From positions 26,609 to 90,608 of the forward strand of contig JABWCE010000007.1 in the NCBI GenBank assembly GCA_013359235.1: 64,000 nt of DNA. The letters run 5' to 3'. The notes beneath the pieces were generated by a model, which worked only from the letters and a program-made list of their open reading frames with translations, did not search any database and was not told the DNA's origin. Position numbers and translations under genes: made by a program. Position 1 is the stretch's first letter; the number at the start of each line of letters is the position of its first letter. Origin of the DNA: Bacteroidota bacterium. GTDB lineage: Bacteria > Bacteroidota > Bacteroidia > NS11-12g > UBA9320. Shown here in pieces: positions 16,445 to 27,421 of the stretch.

Positions 16445-18280
16445 TTACAATTTCTCTGGCAGTGTGTATTTTCTTCCTTTATTTGCTTTTTTCAAATAAA
16501 TAAGTAAAGGTTCAAAATACTCAAGCATTGGTTTGGCACTCATTTCAGAACCTAAATGGTTTTTAAGATGTTGTCTCCAATCAACACTGGCACCTGGATA
16601 CATAAGATCTTTAAGAAACTTTCCTGTTTCTTTGCTTCCCCAGTAGTTGGTATTATGAGGGTCTTGTTTTAAAATTTGCTTAGAAATATGGTCATGAAAC
16701 TGGAATAAAAGTACATTGCTCATTGAGTAATCGTAATACTGTGCTGCATCATCGTTTATATGTGTTTTTGTGGCAGCATCGCAATATTCTTCACCTCTAT
16801 CTGTTGGAGGAATAATTCCCTGATATTTTTTAACATAATTCCACCATGTTTTGTTAAACTCATTTATAGTAATATTTTTTGAGTACAAATCATGTTCAAA
16901 TGCAGTCATAACTCCTGCACCCCAAGGAATATGAACAATAAAATCAAGCGATTCTTTAAGTAAGTTAATTGTATCGTTAGAGGTTTCGTCTTTCCCAATT
17001 AATCCAAAATTTTGTAAAAAAGGTTTTTGCAAAGCTGCAAGTCCAATCAAACTACCCATTGCCTCGTGATAAGCTCTATTTGCTCCACTTCTCAAAATCA
17101 AAGGGACATCATTGTTTGAATAGCTAATGTAATAATAAATATGCCCCAACTCATGTAAAACCGTACCCCACCACTCGGTATTAGGCTCAACACTCATAAG
17201 GCTTCTCACGTCTAAATTATTATCAATATGCCACGCACTTGCATGGTTGTTTTTTTTATACTTAACTTCGGGAGGTAAAGGATACAAACTTGATTTTTCG
17301 TAAAAAGATTTAGGTAGTTCAGAAAAACCGAGGCTTTTGTAAAATTCTTCACCTTGCTTTACTATCCATTCGGCATTTTTTGTTTTAAGTTTTTCGTCAA
17401 GATTAATTCCTGATGAATTCACCATGGCTGTCCAATCTTGTCCCCATCTGTTTGGTAGCCAATGAGCCGGAATGTAATCGGGTACATCTTGCTTGTATCT
17501 TGCAGCAAGTTCGTAACGTGCCCAAGTATGTAATTCTCGGTAAAGTGGCCATACATCATTAATCATCTGACTACAACTCTGCATAATTTCGTCTGATGTC
17601 ATGCCGTATTCAGAAGCCTGATAATCAAAAAAATCTTTATAGCCGAGAGCCTGAACTGATTTATTTCTTAAATTTCTTAAATTCTCAAGTCCGTTTTTCA
17701 ATGTTTTTCCAACTTCTTTGCTTGTACTCCATACTTTTAGTCTTTCTTCAAGTTTATTTGATTTTCTTAAAATATCGTCAATATTGTTTGTAGTTACCTC
17801 TTTGTTGTCAATCAAATATTTATATCCATATAATAACCCTATTTGATTTGTTTCTGCTTTAATTTTTTGCTTTACTATATCGCTTACAGTTTCAGGATTG
17901 GCACCTGCCATAAAAAGAATTGTTTCAAGTTGTTTTACTTGTAAGGGTGATAATTTATCCTTTGTTTTCAGGTATTTTCGGGCTTTTTCAATATTAATTT
18001 TGCTACCTGTAAATTGTGCAAATTTTTCGGCTGCATCGCTTGCTTGTTTTGATGTAATAGAATCTCCTTCAATAATCATTGTGTTTAGTTTCCATTGAGC
18101 TTCATTGTTTACAGTAAGCAATTTTTGAAATTCAATATTGTACGAATCAAGATATTTTTGAACTTCGTTTTGAAGTTCCTTATTTTCATTGGTTTTATTA
18201 CAATTCATATTTGTCATCAAAATTATTGCTATCATAAAAAACAAAATTTTTAAATTTATTTTTTTTAAATTCTCTTTCAT
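16445..18280 (-). CDS. M2-family peptidyl-dipeptidase (angiotensin-converting-enzyme-like), secreted
   Basis: 611 aa with signal peptide. Zinc site VLHELGHIYYY (ACE HEMGH-type) plus a downstream Glu ligand. Size matches a single ACE domain. Confidence 0.75.
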   Translation of the reverse strand: MKENLKKINLKILFFMIAIILMTNMNCNKTNENKELQNEVQKYLDSYNIEFQKLLTVNNEAQWKLNTMIIEGDSITSKQASDAAEKFAQFTGSKINIEKARKYLKTKDKLSPLQVKQLETILFMAGANPETVSDIVKQKIKAETNQIGLLYGYKYLIDNKEVTTNNIDDILRKSNKLEERLKVWSTSKEVGKTLKNGLENLRNLRNKSVQALGYKDFFDYQASEYGMTSDEIMQSCSQMINDVWPLYRELHTWARYELAARYKQDVPDYIPAHWLPNRWGQDWTAMVNSSGINLDEKLKTKNAEWIVKQGEEFYKSLGFSELPKSFYEKSSLYPLPPEVKYKKNNHASAWHIDNNLDVRSLMSVEPNTEWWGTVLHELGHIYYYISYSNNDVPLILRSGANRAYHEAMGSLIGLAALQKPFLQNFGLIGKDETSNDTINLLKESLDFIVHIPWGAGVMTAFEHDLYSKNITINEFNKTWWNYVKKYQGIIPPTDRGEEYCDAATKTHINDDAAQYYDYSMSNVLLFQFHDHISKQILKQDPHNTNYWGSKETGKFLKDLMYPGASVDWRQHLKNHLGSEMSAKPMLEYFEPLLIYLKKANKGRKYTLPEKL

Positions 18281-18324
18281 AATGCCTGCAAATTAGCAAA
18301 AAAATAAAAATGGTAAAAAAAAAT

Positions 18325-18360
18325 CTCCGTTGGTAACAACCAACGGAGATTTATAATAAA
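18325..18360 (-). terminator. Rho-independent terminator after the susC-susD pair
   Basis: 11-bp perfect stem ATCTCCGTTGG / CCAACGGAGAT with 6-nt loop, followed on the minus strand by a run of 9 T. Confidence 0.6.
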
Positions 18361-18374
18361 TGAAAACAACAAAA

Positions 18375-19787
18375 CTAATTTGAATCCCACCAAACAGGAA
18401 CTGACATATCAGAAACTATTGTGGCGTTAGGATTGTACTGTCTTTCTTCTAAAATATTTGGCAGCCTGCGAGGTATTTCGGTAGTTGCACCTGTAGCTTT
18501 GGTTAATGTAGGAAAACCGGTACGTCTCCAATCATTATACACTTCTATTTGAGTAAACAATGCAATATACTTTTGATTCATTATTTTCTCTAAAGTAATA
18601 GTTGAAGCATCTTCAGAAGCATTTGCTGTAATGTAAGCTGCATCCGGTGCACTTCCGGTTACTTTAGTAATGTGTTCAATTACTGCATCATTATATGCTT
18701 TAGCAGCACCGGCTTTGTCTGTCCCGAGTTTTGCTTCGGCTTCCAAAAACTTGGCTTCAACATAAGTAATAAGTGGCAATGATGCATCGGGTGAAGCATA
18801 ATAATTTCCAATTGTAGATACTTTGCTTGCATAAGCTATCATTTCAGCTTCGCCAGCAGGGGTTCCCAAATAAGCGGTAGTATCACTCAAAGCACAATAC
18901 GAAGGCAAACGAGGGTCATTTATTGCATTCATCATATTTACAAGTTTTGCACCCATTCTTATATAACCTTCTCTTTCAACTTTACAGAATGCATACCATT
19001 GGTTGTATTCGTTTGCATTTGTACCGAAAATCATGTTGCAATCATCATCACTACCAGCCAACCCGGCAGTATATGCTGCAGTAAGGGCATCAAGTGTTTT
19101 TTGTGCTGCAGTAGAACTTTTTTTGCTGATTCTCATTTCATATCTGGCTTTAAGCATCCATGCTGTTCTTATCCACTTATCTTTGTCGCCTCCGAAAATA
19201 TAATCGTCAGCACCTGGCAATAAGATGTTTTTGCTATCGTCTTGTCCCAAATCTGCAATTGCTTCTGTAAGTAATGTTTGAATTGCTTTTATTACATCTT
19301 CTTGTTTGTCATATACAGGCTTTCTTGATGCCTCGGTATATTCTTCACCTTTTAAAGCTTGACTGTACGGTACATCACCCCAAAGATCGGTAGCAGCACC
19401 AATCATTAAAGCTCTCAATACTTTTGCAATTCCGTTATAGCGTGGGTTGGCAGCACCGGCAGTTTCCATTAATTTTTTTGTATTAATTAAACCACTTGAA
19501 TACAAATTTTGCCATTCATTGTCATAATCACCTTCTACCATACCATATTTTTCATAAATAAAAGCTTGGTCGGTATTTCCAGAGCTTTGTTGAGTAAAGA
19601 TAGATGCAGTTCTTGACAAGTTTCCGCCATAAGCTGCAAAAACAGCTAATTCGCAATTTGATAATAATAATGCAGCAGTAACTGAGCCTGGAGAGTTTGG
19701 AGAAATTTTATCTCCGTCTGTAAATTTTTTACATCCTTGTGAAATTACAAGTAATGATATTGCTATTGTTATAAATAATTTTTTCAT
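18375..19787 (-). CDS. susD: SusD/RagB-family nutrient-binding outer-membrane lipoprotein
   Basis: 470 aa, lipoprotein signal (…VISQGC), immediately downstream of the SusC gene. TPR-like SusD composition. Confidence 0.8.
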   Translation of the reverse strand: MKKLFITIAISLLVISQGCKKFTDGDKISPNSPGSVTAALLLSNCELAVFAAYGGNLSRTASIFTQQSSGNTDQAFIYEKYGMVEGDYDNEWQNLYSSGLINTKKLMETAGAANPRYNGIAKVLRALMIGAATDLWGDVPYSQALKGEEYTEASRKPVYDKQEDVIKAIQTLLTEAIADLGQDDSKNILLPGADDYIFGGDKDKWIRTAWMLKARYEMRISKKSSTAAQKTLDALTAAYTAGLAGSDDDCNMIFGTNANEYNQWYAFCKVEREGYIRMGAKLVNMMNAINDPRLPSYCALSDTTAYLGTPAGEAEMIAYASKVSTIGNYYASPDASLPLITYVEAKFLEAEAKLGTDKAGAAKAYNDAVIEHITKVTGSAPDAAYITANASEDASTITLEKIMNQKYIALFTQIEVYNDWRRTGFPTLTKATGATTEIPRRLPNILEERQYNPNATIVSDMSVPVWWDSN

Positions 19788-19807
19788 GATTATATCCTCC
19801 TATCTAA

Positions 19808-22800
19808 TTAAAAGTTTGCTTTAAGACTAAAAATCCATGATTTCAAACCGGGGTTATTAAAGTAATCAAAACCACCGATATTAGAACCTGCACCGGTTAA
19901 ACTTGTTTCAGGATCAACACCTTTATATTCTGTTTTCAACCATACGTTTTTGCCTACAATTCCTAAATCAATTGACTTTACATATTTTTCAATTTGCTTA
20001 ATTTTAATATTATAAGAAATTCCAAGTTCTCTTAGCCTCACCCATGAAGCATCTTGCATTGCATTTTCTGATGCATAAGAACCTCCATCACCCTGATATG
20101 TTTGCCAATATGAAGAAGCAGAAACTGGAATATCATTAGTTGTGCCATCGCTTTGTTTTACACCTTCAATAATGTAGTATCTGTTTCTGTCGGCAGATTC
20201 ATCTGTTCTACCCATTCTGTTTAAACGGGCGTAAGTTCCATTCCAAATTTCACCACCTTGTCTAATATCAAACAGACCTGTTAAACGAACTCCTTTAAAA
20301 TTGAATGAGTTTCTAATACCCATCATCCAGTCGGGATAAGGGTTTCCTAAGTTACCTTTTTGCGGGTCAACTGCTGGTAGTCCGTTTGTCTTAATTAATA
20401 ATTGTCCCTGGTCGTTTCTCAACCATTTTGAGCCATATATTACGCCAAATGGTTCACCAACTATTGCATAAGCTGAATTAGAAGTAAATGCTGCTTCGGG
20501 CGATAATTCTTCAACACCATTTCCAAGTTTCAATACCTTGTTATTGTTTTTATTGAAGTTTAATGATATATCCCAGCTAAAGTTTTTATCTTTATATGGA
20601 GTTCCCGAAGCAATTATTTCAATTCCTTTATTTTCCATTTCGCCAGAATTAGTGTACAATGCTCTAAAACCTGATGATGGAGCTACCGGAATTGATAGAA
20701 TTATATTTTTTGATTTTTGATTATACCAAGTAAAGTCAAATCTCAATTTTGAATCAAAAAATCTTAAATCTAAACCTATTTCGGTTGATGATGTCGTTTC
20801 AGGTTTAATATTTGGGTCATTTAATGTATTGCTTATTCCAAATCCATTTTGTGAAAGGTATGGAAATCCTAAGCCTGAGGTGAAACCATCAGTAAATGTT
20901 GGTTTTGCATAATAATTTTGTGTGCGGTAAGGTGAAGGACCTTTTCCTGCCTGTGCATAGGCTAAACGAACTTTACCAAATGTAAACCATTTTTGTTTTA
21001 CAAAGTCTGTAAATAAAAATGCAAGTGATGTAGATGGATAGAATATGGTTTTTGAGAATGATGACCATCTGTCTTGACGACCGGTAACATTTAAAAACAA
21101 ATAATCTTTAAAACTCAAATTCAAATCGCCAAAAACTCCTGTCTTCTTAAGAACAGCATAAGATCCATTAGCATAAAGATTTGAAGCGTTTGATAGATTA
21201 TAATAATTTGGGATTGTAAGGTCTCTACCTCTCAAAAACTGGTCTTCAGATTTTTCGTATTGTACATTGCTGCCTATTGCCAAACTTCCAACTATATCAT
21301 CGGTCAAACTTCTTTTGAAAGTTGCAATAACGTCCTGATATACATATCTGTATGTCTGAATATTTTGATTAATTTCTCCTCCCGGAGCATTATCTGGTTG
21401 GTTTGAACCTATTGAGAATATAGAAACACGTTTATCAGTATAAACATCAGTACCCAAGCGGTAGTTCAAATCCATGAATGAGAATGGAGATGCTTTAAAA
21501 TTAATATTTCCATACATACGATTTACATCTGTAGTGTATGGGTTATTTCTTACACTCCAGTGTGGATTGTCATATAACGGATACCATAAACGTTGTGATC
21601 CATCAACATTTGTCCAACCGTTGGGACCTGTGCTTGTTGGGTCATCTAACCTGTAATCTGTAGGAGTTCTAGTAAGCCCAAGCATTACACCCGCAAGGTT
21701 ACTTCCGTTTTGCACCAATGTACCGCCTGAATTTATATAACTAAATGATGTTCCGAAAGAGAATTTATCGCTTATTTTATGGTCAGCATTTACAGTAATT
21801 GTATTGCGTTTATATTCAGAGTTTGGAATAATACCATCTTGTTTAAGATTAGCAAAAGACAAACGCAATGAAGATTTTTCGTTGAATGCATTAAGTGTAA
21901 TACTATTGCTGAAAACTTCGCCGCGTTTAAAAAACTCTTCTAAATTGTCATAAGCTTTATCAGAAGCAATTGCAGGTCCCCAACTGTTAGGAGTAGAAGC
22001 ACTGAATTTTCCAACTTCTACAACAGAATCAAGTTTTCCGGTAAGTTTGCTTTTTAATAAAGCACCTCCACCATTTCCTTGTCCGTATTTAGTTTGAAGT
22101 TCGGGAAGTTTATTCACTTTCTGCAATTCAATACTTGTAGAATATACTACACCAAAGCCCCTGCCTTTGCCTTTAACTCTTGCTTTTTTGGTAGTGATAA
22201 TAATAGCACCACTTGCAGCCTGTGCACCGTACAATGCAGCAGCAGCAGGACCTTTCAATATATTAATAGATTCGATATCGTCAGGATTTATGTCAATACC
22301 TCTGTTTGAGTTATTAACTCCCTGAAGGTTCATATTAAAAGGATAATCACCGGCAACGGTATTTGACGTACTGTTGTCAATAGGTACACCATCAACTACT
22401 ATAAGTGGTTGATTGTTCCCTTCAAAAGTTACATTACCGCGTAAAAGAATTTTACTTGAAGCACCAGGTGTGCCGCTTGTACCTTGAACAAAAACTCCTG
22501 CTGCTTTGCCTGATAAGCCTTGAATGACATTTTGTTCGCCAGATTCTGCAACCTCTTTACCATCTACTTTTTGAGTTGAATAACCTAAAGATTTGGCTGA
22601 TTTTTCGAGTGCAACTGCAGTTACTACAACTTCATCCAATCCTTTTCCGTCATCCTCCAAACTAACGTCAATTGTAGAATTACTGCCTACGGCAATTTCA
22701 ACTGTTTTCATCGAAATGTAAGAAAAAATCAATACTGATCTTGATGACGGGACAGATACTGTATAATTTCCGTTAATGTCTGTTGAAGTACCAATTGTGG

Positions 22801-22948
22801 TACCTTTTACTACTACTGAAACACCCGGAATAGCTTCTTTTTCGGAAGCTGATGTTACTTTACCGGTAATTGTCCGGTTTTGTGCTACTGATGGAATTAC
22901 CCATCCTACGAGCAATAATCCTAAAAATAATATGTAATACTTTTTCAT
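19808..22948 (-). CDS. susC: SusC/RagA-family TonB-dependent outer-membrane transporter
   Basis: 1046 aa. Signal peptide, carboxypeptidase-regulatory-like N-domain, TonB box/plug, and C-terminal aromatic residue ending ...KANF. Confidence 0.9.
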   Translation of the reverse strand: MKKYYILFLGLLLVGWVIPSVAQNRTITGKVTSASEKEAIPGVSVVVKGTTIGTSTDINGNYTVSVPSSRSVLIFSYISMKTVEIAVGSNSTIDVSLEDDGKGLDEVVVTAVALEKSAKSLGYSTQKVDGKEVAESGEQNVIQGLSGKAAGVFVQGTSGTPGASSKILLRGNVTFEGNNQPLIVVDGVPIDNSTSNTVAGDYPFNMNLQGVNNSNRGIDINPDDIESINILKGPAAAALYGAQAASGAIIITTKKARVKGKGRGFGVVYSTSIELQKVNKLPELQTKYGQGNGGGALLKSKLTGKLDSVVEVGKFSASTPNSWGPAIASDKAYDNLEEFFKRGEVFSNSITLNAFNEKSSLRLSFANLKQDGIIPNSEYKRNTITVNADHKISDKFSFGTSFSYINSGGTLVQNGSNLAGVMLGLTRTPTDYRLDDPTSTGPNGWTNVDGSQRLWYPLYDNPHWSVRNNPYTTDVNRMYGNINFKASPFSFMDLNYRLGTDVYTDKRVSIFSIGSNQPDNAPGGEINQNIQTYRYVYQDVIATFKRSLTDDIVGSLAIGSNVQYEKSEDQFLRGRDLTIPNYYNLSNASNLYANGSYAVLKKTGVFGDLNLSFKDYLFLNVTGRQDRWSSFSKTIFYPSTSLAFLFTDFVKQKWFTFGKVRLAYAQAGKGPSPYRTQNYYAKPTFTDGFTSGLGFPYLSQNGFGISNTLNDPNIKPETTSSTEIGLDLRFFDSKLRFDFTWYNQKSKNIILSIPVAPSSGFRALYTNSGEMENKGIEIIASGTPYKDKNFSWDISLNFNKNNNKVLKLGNGVEELSPEAAFTSNSAYAIVGEPFGVIYGSKWLRNDQGQLLIKTNGLPAVDPQKGNLGNPYPDWMMGIRNSFNFKGVRLTGLFDIRQGGEIWNGTYARLNRMGRTDESADRNRYYIIEGVKQSDGTTNDIPVSASSYWQTYQGDGGSYASENAMQDASWVRLRELGISYNIKIKQIEKYVKSIDLGIVGKNVWLKTEYKGVDPETSLTGAGSNIGGFDYFNNPGLKSWIFSLKANF

Positions 22949-22996
22949 ATAAAAAATAAGTGTTAATTAGATAATTCAAATGTAGCAATATTTTGA

Positions 22997-23019
22997 AATT
23001 ACAACAACGTATTGTAATT
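22997..23019. promoter_or_regulatory. perfect 8-bp inverted repeat AATTACAA-N7-TTGTAATT in the divergent susC / DUF4290-murA promoter region
   Basis: Palindrome read directly from the sequence, about 50 bp upstream of the susC start. Candidate operator. Confidence 0.3.
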
Positions 23020-23109
23020 TTCTTTTAAAATTTTATTTAATCAATTGAAATTCAAATTGGATTTTTTTTATTTAAAACATTTTTAAATAAATTTTATAAA
23101 TTTGAAGCC

Positions 23110-23757
23110 ATGCAGGAACAATTAGAATATAATACACTAAGGCCTCAACTTTACCTAAGCGAGTATGGAAGATGTTTTCAGAAAATGGTAGATAAAATTA
23201 CTTTGACTGAAGATAAAGATCTACGTTCAAAACTTGCAATAAGCTTGATGAATGTAATGGTAAATCTTAATCCATCAATAAAAGAACTCGACAATTACCA
23301 ACAAAAATTATGGGATCAAATACATATAATTTCAGGCTTTAAACTAGATATTGACGGACCATTTCCCAAGCCTGAGCCGGAGTTTATAAACCAAAAACCC
23401 GAACAAATACCATATAATAATGTTAGAATAAAATTCAGATTTTATGGACGCAATCTCCAATATATGGTTGATAGAGCTACAAAAATTGAAAATGAAGATA
23501 TAAAGCAAAGTTTTATAAATATGATTGCATCATTTATGTCAAATTCATCGAGAAACTGGAATAATGAATACCTAACGCCTGATGTAATTGCCGAACATCT
23601 AAAAACACTATCAAAAGACAAGCTTCATTTGCAATCAGAAAATTTAAGTATTCATGTAGAAAAGGATTATAAAAAAATAAAAGCCTTTTATAAACAAAAT
23701 AAAAAATTTAAAAACAAAAACAACCGCAATCATAAAAATAATAAAGACAGGTTCTGA
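23110..23757 (+). CDS. DUF4290-like protein (conserved partner upstream of murA in Bacteroidota)
   Basis: 215 aa, basic C-terminal tail, 3 nt before murA. Confidence 0.5.
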   Translation: MQEQLEYNTLRPQLYLSEYGRCFQKMVDKITLTEDKDLRSKLAISLMNVMVNLNPSIKELDNYQQKLWDQIHIISGFKLDIDGPFPKPEPEFINQKPEQIPYNNVRIKFRFYGRNLQYMVDRATKIENEDIKQSFINMIASFMSNSSRNWNNEYLTPDVIAEHLKTLSKDKLHLQSENLSIHVEKDYKKIKAFYKQNKKFKNKNNRNHKNNKDRF

Positions 23758-23760
23758 AAA

Positions 23761-25071
23761 ATGGGCTCATTTAAAATAAACGGAGGAATAAAACTCAAGG
23801 GCGAACTTGTTCCGCAAGGGGCAAAAAATGAAGCATTGCAGGTGCTTTCGGCTGTTTTATTATCATCTGATGAAATAGAAATCCATAATATTCCCGAAAT
23901 TGCTGATGTAAATAAGTTAATTGAATTACTCAAAGATTTGGGTGTAAAAATTGAAAAACTTAAAACCAAAGGCTCATTGAGATTTAAGGCTGACGAAATT
24001 GATCTGAATTATTTAAACAGCAAAGAATTCAGAAAAAAAGGAGGTAGTCTTAGAGGGTCAATTATGATAATTGGTCCATTGCTCACACGGTTTGGAAAGG
24101 GTTATATACCAAGCCCTGGCGGTGATAAAATAGGAAGACGACGACTTGATACACATTTTACAGGTTTTGAAAAATTAGGGGCAAAATTTGAATTTTTAAA
24201 AGATGAAAATTTTTACAAAGTAAAATCTGGAAAATTAAAAGGAAATTACATTTTACTTGAAGAAGCATCTGTTACCGGAACTGCAAACTTAATAATGGCT
24301 GCTTGTTTGGCTGATGGAAAAACTACACTATATAATGCAGCATGTGAACCATACATTCAGCAACTTTGCAAAATGCTAAATAATATGGGTGCTAAAATAA
24401 GTGGAGTAGGTTCAAATCTTATAACTGTAGAAGGAGTAGAAAAACTAAACGGGTGCTCTCATACTCTTTTGCCTGATATGATTGAAATTGGTAGTTTTAT
24501 GGCTCTTGCTGCACTTACCGAATCTGAAATAACTATTAAGGGAGCAGGAGTTGAGCATCTTGGAATTATACCTTTAACTTTTGAAAAGTTAGGTATGAGT
24601 TTTTTGATAAAAGACGACAATATTTTTATTCCATCTCAAAAACACTACGAAATAGAATCGTTTATTGACGGAAGTATGCTCACAATTGCCGATGCACCAT
24701 GGCCCGGTCTTACACCTGATTTGTTAAGTGTTATACTTGTAATGGCAACTCAGGCAAAAGGAAATGTTCTCATACATCAAAAAATGTTTGAAAGCCGATT
24801 GTTTTTTGTAGATAATTTGATTGATATGGGAGCACAAATTATACTTTGCGACCCACATCGAGCTACAGTTATGGGATTAAATCGGCGTGTGCCGCTAAGA
24901 GGTATAAAAATGACATCGCCCGATATTAGAGCCGGTGTTTCATTATTAATTGCTGCTCTTTCGGCACAAGGCACAAGTATAATTAATAACATTGAGCAAA
25001 TTGATAGAGGATACCAAAATATTGAACATAGGCTTAATGCACTTGGGGCAGATATTGAGCGTATACAGTAG
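23761..25071 (+). CDS. murA: UDP-N-acetylglucosamine 1-carboxyvinyltransferase
   Basis: 436 aa. KINGGIKLKGELVPQGAKNEALQ N-terminus and EPSP-synthase-like fold motifs. Confidence 0.9.
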   Translation: MGSFKINGGIKLKGELVPQGAKNEALQVLSAVLLSSDEIEIHNIPEIADVNKLIELLKDLGVKIEKLKTKGSLRFKADEIDLNYLNSKEFRKKGGSLRGSIMIIGPLLTRFGKGYIPSPGGDKIGRRRLDTHFTGFEKLGAKFEFLKDENFYKVKSGKLKGNYILLEEASVTGTANLIMAACLADGKTTLYNAACEPYIQQLCKMLNNMGAKISGVGSNLITVEGVEKLNGCSHTLLPDMIEIGSFMALAALTESEITIKGAGVEHLGIIPLTFEKLGMSFLIKDDNIFIPSQKHYEIESFIDGSMLTIADAPWPGLTPDLLSVILVMATQAKGNVLIHQKMFESRLFFVDNLIDMGAQIILCDPHRATVMGLNRRVPLRGIKMTSPDIRAGVSLLIAALSAQGTSIINNIEQIDRGYQNIEHRLNALGADIERIQ

Positions 25072-25093
25072 CTTAAAACTTTTGGTTTAAAGA

Positions 25094-25645
25094 TTGCTAT
25101 ATATTTTTATTATGTTTAGAAAATTTTTATTTACAATATTTACATACTTATCTATTTTTCTGTTTTCGTCATTTACAACAAGTAAAAATCATATAAACAG
25201 AATAAAACCAGGCGATATAGCCCCTGAAATTGCTTTACCAAATATATCAAACCATGTTATTTCTTTGAGTTCACTCAAGGGAAATTATATAGTTCTCGAT
25301 TTTTGGGCATCGTGGTGTGCAGCATGTCGGAAAGAAAATCAAAACCTTGTGAGAGTATATAATAAATATAAAGACAAAAAGCTAATCAACTCAAAAACTA
25401 TAATTTTTTATTCAGTTTCGCTTGATACCGACCCCGAAATATGGCAAAAGGCTATTAAAAATGATAAACTCTCGTGGGAGTATCATGTGAGTAGTTTAAA
25501 AAAATGGAAATGCCCGGCAGCAGATTCTTATGGAATTTCAGCATTGCCAGCCGGATTTTTAATAGGTCCTGATGGCGTAATTATTACAGATGATATTCGC
25601 AGTTCTAATCTTGAAAGCGAACTTGAAAAAATACTTTTTAAATAA
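25094..25645 (+). CDS. TlpA-like thiol-disulfide oxidoreductase (thioredoxin fold)
   Basis: 183 aa with signal/TM, WASWCAACRKE (CxxC) motif. Confidence 0.7.
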   Translation: MLYIFIMFRKFLFTIFTYLSIFLFSSFTTSKNHINRIKPGDIAPEIALPNISNHVISLSSLKGNYIVLDFWASWCAACRKENQNLVRVYNKYKDKKLINSKTIIFYSVSLDTDPEIWQKAIKNDKLSWEYHVSSLKKWKCPAADSYGISALPAGFLIGPDGVIITDDIRSSNLESELEKILFK

Positions 25646-25733
25646 TAAAATCAATGGCAGCCAAATTGTCACCAAATTTTATTGGCAAAATTTTTGATAA
25701 GTTAGTATTTATTAATAATTTTTTATAAAACTG

Positions 25734-26288
25734 ATGAAAAATAAAAATCAGCACACAGAAGAAGAAATGTCTAAAGATACCGAAACACAAACAAACCCCG
25801 AAATAAATGAAAATACCATTAATAATGAAACACAAGCCAATGAAACTGAAAATCTGAAAAAAGAAATTGAAGATTTGAAAGATAAATATATTAGGCTTTA
25901 TAGCGAGTTTGAAAATTTCAGACGCAGAAATGCTAAAGAAAAAAATGATTTGATAAATAGTGCCGGGCAAGAAATATTAAAATCTCTTCTGCCAGTGATA
26001 GACGATATGGAAAGAGCCGAAAAATCAATAACAGAAACATCAGACCCCAAAGCTTCAGTAGATGGTTTTGTAATAATTTTACATAAATTTAAAAATATTT
26101 TGGAACAGCATGGCTTAAAAGATTACAACTCAATTGGTGAAAAATTTAACGATGAGTTACATGAAGCAATTACAAAAATTACTACTGACGACAAAAACAA
26201 TAAAGGAAAAATAGTTGACCAGATAGAAAAGGGTTATAAACTTAGAGATAAAGTGCTTAGGTACGCAAAAGTGATTGTTGGAGAATAA
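25734..26288 (+). CDS. grpE: nucleotide exchange factor GrpE
   Basis: 184 aa, coiled-coil N-terminal half, GrpE C-terminal region. Directly upstream of dnaJ. Confidence 0.85.
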   Translation: MKNKNQHTEEEMSKDTETQTNPEINENTINNETQANETENLKKEIEDLKDKYIRLYSEFENFRRRNAKEKNDLINSAGQEILKSLLPVIDDMERAEKSITETSDPKASVDGFVIILHKFKNILEQHGLKDYNSIGEKFNDELHEAITKITTDDKNNKGKIVDQIEKGYKLRDKVLRYAKVIVGE

Positions 26289-26290
26289 TT

Positions 26291-27415
26291 ATGAGTAAAA
26301 AAAGAGATTATTACGAAATATTGGGAGTAGGCAAAAATGCCACAGAAGAAGAATTAAAAAAAGCTTATAGAAAACTTGCAATAAAATATCACCCCGATAA
26401 AAATCCGGGAAATAAAGAAGCTGAAGAACATTTTAAAGAAGCTGCCGAAGCTTACGAAGTACTAAGTAATTCGGAAAAGAGAAGTGCCTATGACAGATTT
26501 GGACACGATGGTGTGCGTGGTGCAGGCGGACAAGGTGGTTTTAGCAGTATGAATATGGAAGACATATTCAGCCAGTTTGGTGATATATTTGGCGATAATA
26601 ATCCTTTTGAAAGCTTTTTTGGAAGCGGTGGACGTACTCGTAACCGTGCACCACAAGGCACAAACATTAGAATAAAACTAAAACTTACTCTCGAAGAAAT
26701 TTGTAATGGAGTTGAAAAAAAGGTGAAATATTCAAAAAAAGTTGCAGCACAAGGTGTAAAATTCAATACATGCGATACATGCAAAGGCAGTGGAATGGTA
26801 AACAAAGTTACAAATACTTTTCTTGGACCTATGCAAACTTCGAGTACATGCCATACCTGTAATGGTCTTGGTCGCAAAATAGAAAACCGCCCTCCCGGAG
26901 CCGATAGTAATGGCTTGATTAACGAAGAAGTTACAACTTCAATTAAAATTCCGGCAGGTGTTCAACACGGTATGCAACTCTCTTTAAACGGACAAGGAAA
27001 TGAATCGCCAATGGGCGGAAACAGAGGAGATTTGATTGTATTAATAGAAGAAATTCTACACAATGATTTTAAAAGAGAAGGAAATAATTTGCTTTATGAC
27101 TTGTTTATTAGTTTTCCGATTGCGGCACTTGGTGGCGAAGTAGAAATTCCAACAATTGACAATAAAGTAAAGGTAAAAATTGAACAAGGTACACAAGCAG
27201 GTAAAATGCTAAGATTAAGAAATAAGGGGGTGCCCGATATTAATGGTTATGGACGTGGTGACCAATTGGTACAGATAAACATTTTTACCCCTAAAAAATT
27301 ATCTATAGAGGAAAAAGATATACTTAAAAAACTTGAACAATCAGAAAACTTTATTCCACCAGCAGAAAATAAAGAAAAAGGATTTTTTAGCAGGATGAAA
27401 GATTTATTTCAATAA
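26291..27415 (+). CDS. dnaJ: molecular chaperone DnaJ
   Basis: J-domain (HPDKN), G/F-rich region, four CxxCxGxG zinc-finger repeats, C-terminal domain. Confidence 0.9.
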   Translation: MSKKRDYYEILGVGKNATEEELKKAYRKLAIKYHPDKNPGNKEAEEHFKEAAEAYEVLSNSEKRSAYDRFGHDGVRGAGGQGGFSSMNMEDIFSQFGDIFGDNNPFESFFGSGGRTRNRAPQGTNIRIKLKLTLEEICNGVEKKVKYSKKVAAQGVKFNTCDTCKGSGMVNKVTNTFLGPMQTSSTCHTCNGLGRKIENRPPGADSNGLINEEVTTSIKIPAGVQHGMQLSLNGQGNESPMGGNRGDLIVLIEEILHNDFKREGNNLLYDLFISFPIAALGGEVEIPTIDNKVKVKIEQGTQAGKMLRLRNKGVPDINGYGRGDQLVQINIFTPKKLSIEEKDILKKLEQSENFIPPAENKEKGFFSRMKDLFQ

Positions 27416-27421
27416 ATTACT

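Noticed and set aside
25646-25733. CIRCE/HrcA operator upstream of grpE-dnaJ
   Set aside because: No TTAGCACTC-N9-GAGTGCTAA-like inverted repeat present. Bacteroidota heat-shock genes generally lack CIRCE.
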